Shown here: positions 50,482 through 60,692 of the stretch, piece after piece
Numbering within the stretch: position 1 is the first letter of the stretch
How the letters are laid out: each line of letters starts with the position of its first letter
Assembly: GCA_048013815.1 (NCBI GenBank)
Contig: CM106586.1
Span: forward strand, 8,184,001-8,248,000
Source: Setoptus koraiensis
Taxonomy: Eukaryota; Animalia; Arthropoda
Direction: 5' to 3'
DNA: 64,000 nucleotides
Notes under the pieces: model-generated
What the model was told of the DNA's origin: nothing
Databases searched by the model: none
The model's input: the letters and a program-made list of their open reading frames with translations, nothing else
Translations under genes and position numbers: made by a program

Positions 50482-52332
50482 TTAATATCCAAACTTGAAC
50501 TCGGTTCCTAGAGAGTTTCGACTTTTTTCTTCCTCGTTAAGATCAGGATATACATTCTTCAATGCATCAAATAATCTTTTTTCATCTATAAACGGAAGTA
50601 GCGCTGTCCCCATCCAAGCGGCCGATTTTCCGTTGAGATCAATTGTGAAGTTTATTGGGTAGAAGTCGATTATATTCGAGTTTTGATCTGACATCAGATT
50701 TCTCCACGTTTTAGGGAGAGCACTTGCTGAGGCGGCTGGAAACACTGCCATCAACTGTTCTAAGGGTTTAAATGGTGGGGCTTCTTTGTCAAAGTTGATT
50801 ACTATATCGGCTACGTTCTTCATGTCGCTAGCGAACGGAGCATAATGAAATGGAAAAAACCATTTCCAGTCGGGACAGCCTTGATAATAATAAGCTAAAA
50901 CCCAACATAACCCACGAATGTATTCCTCTGTCACCATCTTGGCTATTGGTTCGTAATCTTCACAGCCGAACTTGCTAGTATAGTAACGTGCCTTCCATCC
51001 ATCTTCTCCCAAGCGGACAAAATCATCCGGTATCTGTGGTTCAGGATAGTCATCGTAATTGTAGTTGTTATTTTCTTGTTGCCATTTAGCCCTTTTTTCG
51101 GCTCTTATCCTTTGATGATAGCGCTCATCGCTGATTTTTCTCTTGCGGAATATTCTATCTTCATGCGGACCTAAAATTTCCAGAATTTCTTGGCAGCGTT
51201 GTAGATTCACATTGCCATTGTCGGTCAGATATAGACCTCGGACCCAATTTTTTTTGTTTAGATCATGATAAATATTGAGTAGTAAATCTATGGCGTTTTC
51301 TCTGATTTCTAGCGAGGGTAAATGAGGCAAAAAATCGTTACCAACAAAAAAGCATAAGAAAACAAAGTCATCTATGTAACGATCAGGAGTTAAATCATAG
51401 AAACTTGTTTTTTCCATATCTTGAAGTAGATAATTTCTGAGTATAGCTAATTTGATATAAATGAACTCCGGGTTGGCGTCGATGGCCAGTGGACGTTTAC
51501 TTGCGTCATCTATACTATTGATGCCTTGACATTTTTCTAACTCATGACCATATTGATTACATAACTCACATGGTCTTGGCTGGCCGGGCTTGAACTCCTC
51601 TCTGAGAATGACAAAATGCTTCTCATGGGTTGCCAATCCCAACATTATCAAATCCGCATCCGCGCCGTACAAACAATGACGGAGGTTTTCATCATAATTC
51701 GGTTGGTTCTTGTAATTTCTGAGGTACTCCATAATCTTATGTTCACCCTCTCCAGGTACTGATGCGTCGCTGATGATAACTTTCAGGTGCTTGTGCCAGA
51801 GACCACTCTCATCATGCTGAGACATTTTGTGCTTGATCCATTTTTGTAGCGCGACGCTGAGATTTTTCATAAAATTTGTTCCTGGCGTGATAACGTTTGA
51901 ATCAAAACTGCTGCCACTCTTCTGCTCCTGTGGCGCTATGCCTTGTTGTCGCAGTTTTTCTCGAACTTCCTCTTTTATTTTATTCTTTTCGTCACTCTCC
52001 CGAGCTGCTCTAAATCTTCTACTTCTTTGTTGATTCATTTTAGCTCGAGGCGCTACACCATCAATAGCTAAATAAAGTAAATTTCGAGGCTTCACTATAT
52101 TCATTATCATCTCTGTATAGTCGAAAATGGCTAAGAACATGTCTTCTTCGGTCTGGGGCGGGGGCTTGTTCTCCGGATGAGTACAAGGATGGATGATTCC
52201 ATTCATGTCTAGATATAAATTGTCAATAAATATTTCTTGACGCGTCTCAACATCTAAAACGTGTTGGTCGGCCGGCTCAACTATATTTGGGTACTTTCTG
52301 GCCAACCAACGAAAAAAGGCTGGGATTCCCAT
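50482..52332 (-). CDS. XRN2: 5'-3' exoribonuclease 2 (Rat1), compact 616 aa form, intronless
   Basis: MGIPAFFRWLARKYP, DNLYLDMNGIIHPCTHP, AIDGVAPRAKMNQQRSRRF, PGEGEHKIM, zinc knuckle CELCNQYGHELEKC, DFLPHLPSLEIRE, WVLAYYYQGCPDWKWFFPFHYAPFASD, PFKPLEQLMAVFP. Confidence 0.95.
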   Translation of the reverse strand: MGIPAFFRWLARKYPNIVEPADQHVLDVETRQEIFIDNLYLDMNGIIHPCTHPENKPPPQTEEDMFLAIFDYTEMIMNIVKPRNLLYLAIDGVAPRAKMNQQRSRRFRAARESDEKNKIKEEVREKLRQQGIAPQEQKSGSSFDSNVITPGTNFMKNLSVALQKWIKHKMSQHDESGLWHKHLKVIISDASVPGEGEHKIMEYLRNYKNQPNYDENLRHCLYGADADLIMLGLATHEKHFVILREEFKPGQPRPCELCNQYGHELEKCQGINSIDDASKRPLAIDANPEFIYIKLAILRNYLLQDMEKTSFYDLTPDRYIDDFVFLCFFVGNDFLPHLPSLEIRENAIDLLLNIYHDLNKKNWVRGLYLTDNGNVNLQRCQEILEILGPHEDRIFRKRKISDERYHQRIRAEKRAKWQQENNNYNYDDYPEPQIPDDFVRLGEDGWKARYYTSKFGCEDYEPIAKMVTEEYIRGLCWVLAYYYQGCPDWKWFFPFHYAPFASDMKNVADIVINFDKEAPPFKPLEQLMAVFPAASASALPKTWRNLMSDQNSNIIDFYPINFTIDLNGKSAAWMGTALLPFIDEKRLFDALKNVYPDLNEEEKSRNSLGTEFKFGY

Positions 52333-52653
52333 GATGATGAATAAAGTTGTATATACTTTGTGAAGAAATGATTTGAACTTAAAATTAATCTGGGTGGATT
52401 GTTGGACTTGGGAGATGTAAATACTAAAGTCCGGATTGTTTAAATGGCTTATATAGGTGTCATTGCACCGCTGCAAAGGAATCCTCAAACTGAAGCTCAA
52501 TGAATGGCGCGTGATTTCAAAAAAAAAGAAAAAAAAAATATTGGCATCACGTTTATTTCACGTTGTTTGAACGAATATAATATCATGTTATAGTTGATAC
52601 AATTGTATTTTTTGAAAGATCTGCACCCAATCAAAATTAATTATTCAACAAAC

Positions 52654-53727
52654 ATGATAGCCTCACATTTAATCCTCACGAGGAGTAATCATGTAGTCCA
52701 TTTGGCCCGGACCTGTACCAGAATTGTGAACACTACACCGCCGGAGTTAACTACGAAACCTAGAATATATCAGTATGCCAAATTGGGCAAGATTCGATTG
52801 ACCGGTTTTGTTACAGCCACCGCAATAGCTGGATCTTATTTAGCCTGTGATTCGTTTTTAGACTCCTTCCCACTCATAGCTGCCGCCTCGATGGGAACGT
52901 TTCTATGTTCGTCGTCTGCAGCTGGTATTAATCAATACCTGGAAACTCCTTATGACTCTCAAATGAAAAGGACGAGTATTCGCCCTCTTATAGTCGGTCA
53001 AGTGTCGCCACTAGAGACGATGATATTCTCTGTGACAACAGGGATCTTAGGAGCTACTTTGTTGGCAATCTTTACTAATCCCTTAACAACAACTTTAGGT
53101 CTGTTCAACCTTGTACTATACTCATTCGTTTATACGCCCATGAAAAGGACCAACGTAGCAAACACATGGATAGGTTCTATTGTTGGCGCTATACCTCCCA
53201 TTATGGGTTCGACTGCCGTTCTAGGTCACCTAGGTAAGAGACACTTTTGTCGATATATTAGTATGATTCTCCATAGAGAAAATTATACTAATCGTTAATC
53301 TTCTTTTTTCCATAATCTCGCTGACATAGATCCCACTTCGGTGCTGCTAGCTTTGATACTATTCTCATGGCAGTTTCCCCATTTCAACGCACTATCTTGG
53401 AACTTGCGACATGAGTATGCACGAGCCGGTTACAGGATGATGGCTGTTATTGATCCAGAAATGTGTAAACGTGTTGCGTTACGTCATAGTTGTTTATTGA
53501 CCCTATATACCACTACAATGCCTTTATTAGGTAGCACAAGCTTTCTTCTAACATTATTTACAACGCCTTTAAATATACAATTTGTAAGATTGTCATGGCA
53601 GTTTTATAAGAACGCTGATTCAAAATCATCAAGGAGTTTATTTAGATTTAGTTTAGTGTATCTTCCGGCTGTACTTTTATTGTTAATCACGACAAAAAAT
53701 AAATCAGACACCAAGTCTGTCAGTTAA
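52654..53727 (+). CDS. COX10: Protoheme IX farnesyltransferase (heme O synthase)
   Basis: Exons 52654-53233 and 53330-53727 (phase 1, GT-AG). Motifs LGKIRLTGFV, NQYLETPYDSQMKRTSIRPL, YTPMKR, NTWIGSIVGAIPP, WQFPHFNAL, YARAGYRMM, LFRFSL. Confidence 0.95.
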
Positions 53728-54774
53728 GTCCCAGTACCTTTCTCTTGTCACTCTCATAATATCATCCTGTAGATCGTCATAACTTGTATAACGGACACGA
53801 TCAAAACTAAAGTAATCACGACACAATCCTAGCATTGACTCTTTAAGTAAATTACATTTTAGCTTTAAGTCTTCATCGGAACCTAAAAATCCCCAAGCTA
53901 ATGTGGGTGATAGGTAGTCCAACACAGAGTAAAAATGTGCGAAGAAACCATCCGGACTCTTCAATTGTGATCTCTTGTATTTCAAAGCCCTAGAGACAGC
54001 TGATTGGCAAGCCGATTGTCTAAATTTAGATGATACCCAAGTATTGGATAATAAACTAGTAACTACAGCGGGTGGGTTGTTGAGGTCATCCAATGATTCC
54101 AGTATGATATAATCTACAACAAGATCATAAAATGACAATATTGGTATAGATCTGCTGTTGATTTCACTCAAAATAAGATCGTGGTTCGCTTCGTCGGCGA
54201 CGAATTTCAGTAAAGCTTCATAAGCCTCCAAACATTTCTCTAGATCATGCTCTAAGTGTGATAGAAATGTAGTCAATATCTCTTTTCCACCATCAACGAA
54301 AAAGTTACAATTATTCGGGTTATATACAATTTGTTGGAAGGCATGTCTTAGGCAGGCTACTTTAGCTAGAAATTCTTGTCGAGATTCGCAAAACATCTGA
54401 TCTGTTCGGTCAGTGCGTGTCATGGGCACTTTTTCCAGTGTCACTTCCACTAGAGCGTCTTGAAAGATCTTGAAGAAATGTAAATTGGGCTCAGTATCAA
54501 AGTACATCATGGTGGCTATAGATGTGTTACTTAAATAGGAGCACATCGACTGGGCTGTCGCGGAGAATGATACACTTCTTTGGCTGACTGAGGGAGCCGC
54601 CAGAGACTCAGGAGATCTTCTCCTGACGAATTCATTTCTCTCTTCATTTATACTATCATTGTTGTTTCTCGTTAGATAATAGTTTCTAATAAACCATCTC
54701 ACACTAATGTAGGTTGCCGCCCCTATTACAATACACCCAATTACCTGTTTGTGGCTAATATTCCTAAGTTCCAT
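53704..54774 (-). CDS. MIGA: Mitoguardin (FAM73/MIGA), intronless
   Basis: N-terminal TM segment; EFLAKVACLRHAFQQI, FYDLVVDYIILESLDDLNNPP, FFAHFYSV..LSPTLAWGFLG, DYFSFDRVRYTS match the mitoguardin family. Confidence 0.9.
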   Translation of the reverse strand: MELRNISHKQVIGCIVIGAATYISVRWFIRNYYLTRNNNDSINEERNEFVRRRSPESLAAPSVSQRSVSFSATAQSMCSYLSNTSIATMMYFDTEPNLHFFKIFQDALVEVTLEKVPMTRTDRTDQMFCESRQEFLAKVACLRHAFQQIVYNPNNCNFFVDGGKEILTTFLSHLEHDLEKCLEAYEALLKFVADEANHDLILSEINSRSIPILSFYDLVVDYIILESLDDLNNPPAVVTSLLSNTWVSSKFRQSACQSAVSRALKYKRSQLKSPDGFFAHFYSVLDYLSPTLAWGFLGSDEDLKLKCNLLKESMLGLCRDYFSFDRVRYTSYDDLQDDIMRVTRERYWDLTDRLGV

Positions 54775-55207
54775 AATTCGGACGTAAAAATTAAATCATT
54801 TTCACCTCTTCAATAATCTCATTGGCACTTTTACCATTGTACTCCATTGATGGTACTGCTGCCATGGTGTGGTCCAGCGAAACCAAGACCGACCACGGTA
54901 CCGTTGACCGTGTGGTGTGCGGATGGCATTTACTTTTGTTTTTTTTTCTAATTCGAATTGCGCGCTCTCAATCAGCTTCAATCGTCAAACATAGATTTGT
55001 CCTTCTTCAAAACAGTGGACAAGATCGTGATATTTATCTCCAGAAACAGACCTCCCTCTCGGCGATATATTTCATCTCCAGCAATATAAACATTAGTTAT
55101 CACTAGAATTTCAAGAATTGAGGCAGACAGAACCAATTTGTATTGCCTAATTGGAATAAACGCAATTCACTAAATAGAGTACAATAAATCAATAGATAAC
55201 CTTCACA

Positions 55208-55459
55208 ATGTCATCAGCCACATCTATTGAGAAGGCATCGAGTCTACCTAAACCCGAACTTCGTGGTCATGGAATGAGATTTCACGCCAAGCACTTGTAT
55301 ATTGGTATGGTTCTGACGGCAGCCTTCGCGTTAACATTCAAGAAGTTCGTATGTGAAGCCAGACAAAAGAAATACAAGGACTTCTACGAGAACTACGACG
55401 CTTTGAAGGAATTTAACAGAATGCAGGCAGCCGGAATATTTAAAGGTTATGAAAAATAG
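55208..55459 (+). CDS. COX6C: Cytochrome c oxidase subunit 6C
   Basis: LPKPELRG, a single TM segment, and RQKKYKDFYENYDALKEFNRMQAAGIF match COX6C/cyclope. Confidence 0.93.
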   Translation: MSSATSIEKASSLPKPELRGHGMRFHAKHLYIGMVLTAAFALTFKKFVCEARQKKYKDFYENYDALKEFNRMQAAGIFKGYEK

Positions 55460-55636
55460 ATAGATAATCAGATAGTTGACATTGGATCTAATAGAATTGT
55501 TCTTGAAGCTAGTATAGTTGAAGCTCGTTAAATAATATATTATTAAACAAGGTTATAAGAGCTTACACACGTGCTCTCAATGTTTACATAAAAGCGGTAG
55601 ACATTTATTTATTACATCAATTGTTTATTTTTCATC

Positions 55637-56575
55637 TTAGACACTTTCTTCAATTAGATTCTGTATCTCTGGTATGTCGTCGGAATGAACAGATATTTTG
55701 CTTGTCAATGCCAGGTCAACTTTCAACTTGTTGTATTTCTCTTCTCTTTTGAATTTCTTGTGCAGCTCCTTGCGCGTTCTAGAACCAGAAAAGAATAGAT
55801 TCTCCATCAATGTAAAATCGGGCCCAACAATACTCAATGCTCTGTAGAATTTTCTGTTATCATTATCAGACCATTTTGTTTGGCCGGTTGATGTTGGCCG
55901 TCTTCTGAATGAACTGTAGTTGGTGCTACTTATATCGTCATTATCCTCAACGATAGCCTCCTGATCTTTAATTGTATTCTTTCTATTGATCACAGTGCTA
56001 GACTCGTCTAATACCATCATTCCATTTAGGCCTATTTTGACCTTAGGAGCAATACTTTGCTCATGATCTGACTCCTCTTGAGTTTCAATCTCCGGCTCAA
56101 TCTGTTTTTCTTTGGTCGTTTTGTTTTTATTCATTGCTGATCTCTCTTTTTTGTATGTTCGCTGCTCTGCCGTCATGGGTGGGTTATAGAAAAGTAGATC
56201 TTTCATTCTGACATTTTTATTTGAGGTTATTTTAAGTGCAAGTGGTTGTACCGGTTCTGCATCTTGTGTATTCAATGCTTGATTGATTAATACTTGAACA
56301 TTGTCATCGGGCCTAGGCGTAATAGTGACTTCAGGAAGGACTTCTTCAGGCTCTAAGCTAGGCAATTCTTGTTGTGGCTCCTCCTCGTGTGCTGCTGTTG
56401 GCGCTGGCACCGGTGTCAATGTTGATACTTGTATTGGTTCAGCAGATGGTGTCGGGGCAATCGGTACAGATGCTAATTGGTTAGTTGATGAGTTTTGTGA
56501 TTGAGGCTGCTGATGATCTGGCGCCTTGGAGGAGGCACCGAGATTCGGCCGAACCAGAGTGCGCTTTCGAATCAT
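55637..56575 (-). CDS. BDP1: TFIIIB subunit B'' (Bdp1), short SANT-domain form
   Basis: PKVKIGLNGMMVLDESS, NYSSFRR, KWSDNDNRKFYRALSIVGPDFTLMENLF...RTRKELHKKFKREEK match the Bdp1 conserved segment and SANT domain. Confidence 0.9.
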   Translation of the reverse strand: MIRKRTLVRPNLGASSKAPDHQQPQSQNSSTNQLASVPIAPTPSAEPIQVSTLTPVPAPTAAHEEEPQQELPSLEPEEVLPEVTITPRPDDNVQVLINQALNTQDAEPVQPLALKITSNKNVRMKDLLFYNPPMTAEQRTYKKERSAMNKNKTTKEKQIEPEIETQEESDHEQSIAPKVKIGLNGMMVLDESSTVINRKNTIKDQEAIVEDNDDISSTNYSSFRRRPTSTGQTKWSDNDNRKFYRALSIVGPDFTLMENLFFSGSRTRKELHKKFKREEKYNKLKVDLALTSKISVHSDDIPEIQNLIEESV

Positions 56576-57116
56576 TGTACTTTTCCACGAATTATCGATG
56601 CAAATGTGTTAGCAGAAATCTCACGATTATGTCCATGTTCGAGATGGATTCTATTCAGTTAGATATCATGTATCTTCGATGAGATATAGCTATAATACTA
56701 ATAATATAATACTATTTCGTGATCGTAGTGCATTGCTGACATACGAACGTATGCTGTGCACTACTGCACTGACTCCATGTGTAGGCAACAATGTTTATAT
56801 TTCTTTGTGTTTGTTTGCAGCATGTTGCTGTTCATGCGGCGAATGATAACTTTGCCGGTCTTCTATTCATACGTGAATAGTACTCGCAGGGATGGATGGT
56901 GAGATATCCGTTCGTGATTTTTGGGATCGGGCGGAAGTCTCACAAGGTGGACCTCTCTAGGGGATCGGGCAGGTATAAAAAGACAATGGTATCGGGTAAA
57001 CGATGGGTAACAATCAATCAGGCAATCTTTATTTGTTATGTAAGTTTTGATAGGATTTGAGCAAATAGGTTAACATTATATGTGATAGAAAGAAAAGGTG
57101 GCCAATTTAAAGTTAG

Positions 57117-59554
57117 CTAAATATTGAATATTTGAACATCAAATTTCAGTCGAATCGAACTAATGTCTGTGTGCCTGTTGAACGATGTTGCTCTTCCGAA
57201 CCTTTCTCTTTCACCCATCTTCGTGTTCTCCGGAAACAAACTTAAACTTCTGGATAGTTGAAGATGTCCCTTATGCGCTGTTGCTATATTAGTAAACGAT
57301 GTGGCATGCTCATTGTCGCTTTGAGTAAATGAATTCTCTACATTATTCAATGGGAAGTCCTTTTCTACGGGGCCCACGGTCGAACCAATATTCGATAGAA
57401 TCTCACTGATTGGCAAGACACATTGGGCTATCTGGGTGACAGGACAAAAAGGATTCTCTTCATTTATTGTCAACAACAAAACATCTTTGCTGCTCAAAGA
57501 CACATCCTCCAGTAGAAATTGAGTTGAATCATTCCAAACAACATTGAATAAATAAAAGTTGCTTGAAGAGTCGCCATGTCTGGATGTTGAAGGTTGCGAT
57601 TGATTTGAGACTACCGTCCGATTTGTATAACGATTAGTCTCATTTGATCTTGGCAATGTTGTTTGAGTATTTGATGTTGTAACAGGCAGATTTGATGCTA
57701 ATGTGTTTATTGTTCTTGTCCTATATCTATCACTAACTTGTTTTATGGTATTTCCAAAAAGGGCTGGCGATTTTCTTAAATGCAACCTATTCATGTCTAT
57801 GCTACCCATTCGTTCGTAGCGGCCATCATTGTTACTGATTGTATTGATATTGACCATTGATGACAAACTAGACCCATCAGTGCTGCTACTACTTTCGCTG
57901 TTGTTGCTGATGATATTCACAGTGGAGCTACTTGTGTTGACACTGAAGTTACTATATTGTCTATCGAGAATCTCTCCAAAGTCTTGTAATTCATTACGAT
58001 AATCTGAATCGCGTTCAAAACAAACTAGCGATATTGTGGCATATAAGTGAAGAGACGATCTACATAGATGTCTTAGATTTCTTGCTTCGACGAGGGTCAC
58101 AAATAGTCTTCCTGAGCATTGACTTGGATCAGGTTTTCTTATTATGGGCTCATAAGAACGAAGTTTTAGCTTATTCTCAATCATTCTTTCGCTAGCTATT
58201 TTTAATTCTTTCAACCAACTCTTTTTTTCATTGGCATCTAAAGATTTCAAGCTATAAACCTTCCCATCGGCACCATTGTCTAATCTAAATGACGTATCTT
58301 TAGTACTTTGCATCAAATGTTGCTGAGTATTATGGTTGGTTTGATTCAATTCGTTGTAAGGATTTACCAAATCAATACTGGTAGGAGACTGAAACGCATC
58401 ATCACTGATATCACTAATGATAGCTAATCTGTCCAACAAAAGAGGTCTTCGATAGATCTTGTAATAAGCTTGCAGAGCTCGTTTACTGTCGAACAAATTG
58501 ACAACTTTCGGTAGGAATATTGTTGGTACAGTTAAAAGGAGGAAATCATTGAATAGGAACGCCATTAGTTCTTTACCTGAGCGCGACTTGATCAATGTTC
58601 CTGCCTTAATAAGCTTCCTCTTTCCCGAACAGTTAGTCATTGAATCAAATACAATTGCCTCATCGAGATATCTATCGCTAGTTGTACCAGCCAAGAGCGT
58701 TGGTGATGGCATCCCAACCAATGGTGAACTGCTAGCACTAGATGATGTTAGTTTAATATGAGCTTGACACCACTCCAAGTTTCTTCTGTTCTCCTGACTA
58801 TCTTGACGCAATTTGCATGCTTCATTAACTTGCTGACACAGTTTTTGAGCGGACTGATAAGCTTCATTAATCAAACGATGATCGCCGATGTTTTTCGCTT
58901 TGCTTTCCATAAGGATCTTCTCAAGAAACAAACTATAGCGCGTTATTCTTTGCATTGGCTTCAACAGATAAGTGGTGTATGGAAGTCGATTTTTGTCATT
59001 GTGTCGATCGCAATCACGCATTAGTTGTTTGAATCTGATATCACTATCTAATTTTACTTGCAATATTCTACAGGCTTCCAATTGATTACAGCAAAATATC
59101 ATATAGGCTCTCGGAGCTTGTTTCAGAAATTCCATCAAACACCTAATAATTGCATCTAGAGTCTCTGAATCACTTTTTGTCTGATCTGCATCTTTACTCA
59201 GGTTCTTTAGTAGACTTTTATGCATCTTAGTCAATTGTTGCCAATTTATGAATATTATTCTCTGCTCTCTAACATTGAGCAATTTGCTCAGAGGTGTTAT
59301 ATAGTTTTGAGTAACGAACTCTAGATCAGCAACATAGTCTTTTTCGGTGTCAATTAATTCATTCACAATGAGAAGATTTTGTTTCATATTGCAATCGGAT
59401 TTTTGTTGTTGTCTTGGGTCAGAATTAATCGTATCACTAGGCCATGTAGGCGAATCCCAATCAATGTCTAGTAAGGCTGGTTTAGTGGATTTTCCAAGTG
59501 ACGAAACAGATTCTTGGCTACCATCGAATGATGTCCAGGAAGTTGCATCAATCT
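57117..59554 (-). CDS. ITSN1: Intersectin long-isoform terminal exon: DH (RhoGEF), PH and C2 domains
   Basis: A phase-1 donor A|GTACGT at 60700 joins the acceptor TCTTAG| at 59555 in frame. DH motifs ELIDTEKDYVADL, IFINWQQL, YLLKPMQRITRY; PH motif KSRSGKELMAFLFNDFLLL; C2 motif GRLFVTLVEARNL. Confidence 0.9.
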
Positions 59555-60692
59555 CTAAGATATTATCAACATGAGAGGATAGATAGAAATCGAATTAAAT
59601 AACAAACAAATGTTTCGGTTAGTGAACGTTGAGACTATAGCTCGTGCTACGTTTTTGCTATACCTATAGCAATAATTAGATTTGGCAGCGCAGAGAATGG
59701 TGGAAACCTAGAAATTGGTATCTATTGGTCATATGTTTAATGCAGACAATTATGATGATAGAATTTATTTACAAACATTTAATAACGATACAAGATGAGA
59801 CCAGCTCTCGAGTATAGATTAGTAGCAGTGGTGATTACCATCCAATTATAAGCTAGCAAACGAGATCTGACGCAAGGTACATTGTTTACATCATTACATA
59901 GATAACAAATGTATATAAAACTAATACCAGATCTAGGCGTCAATTGATATAAATTGATAATATAAAATACATCTAAATTATTTACTCTTGATTCATGTAT
60001 AGACTAGATGGATTGTATAGATGCGTATGAGAATCTATCTTATCAGATATGTTACTTTCCATGTACTTAAAAAGACATGGATAAGTATACAAACCTGTTA
60101 TTTTGTGCAATTATTTGATGTGAAAAACAATTACTGTTCTGGTTAGATATATGCTAGTCAGGTTCTCGTGCGTAGACAATATATAAGACGTCTCATCTCA
60201 TTTTGCTGGTTCGAAAGATTTGTGCATCTAATTAATTATGACAGGCTACATCAATATAAGTTAATAGTGTATGCTTAATTGGAGGAGATCAGAGTTAGGC
60301 GTACACAGCATTGTATATCAACTATCAAAGATTGGAACATTGTTGATGACATTGTGTTTGACAATTAAGTGAGTTAGTGAGTATAACAGTTAATCTGTAA
60401 AAGTTTTTAGAGAGAGAGAGAGTGTGAGAGAGAGGGAGAGGGAGAAAGCGATATTTTTGTTGTTGTAGAAGCTAGTCAGTAGATTGAATTATTAGGAAGC
60501 CTCGTTAAAATATCACATATGCTGGTTTTATAGCCAGGGACACAAGATGATTCAGTGACCGAAGCACGTTATGATTATGGTGGAAAACTCAATGAGTAGC
60601 TAGAGTTTTCCTTGCCACAATAATTTGAATGAATATGCCATAGTAATGACGCATGAATTGATTACAAACAGTTTTTGATAATCTGTCTGTGA

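Noticed and set aside
52333-52500. N-terminal extension of XRN2 in the ORF track
   Set aside because: Starts at a TTG; the conserved XRN2 start MGIPAFFRW is at 52332.
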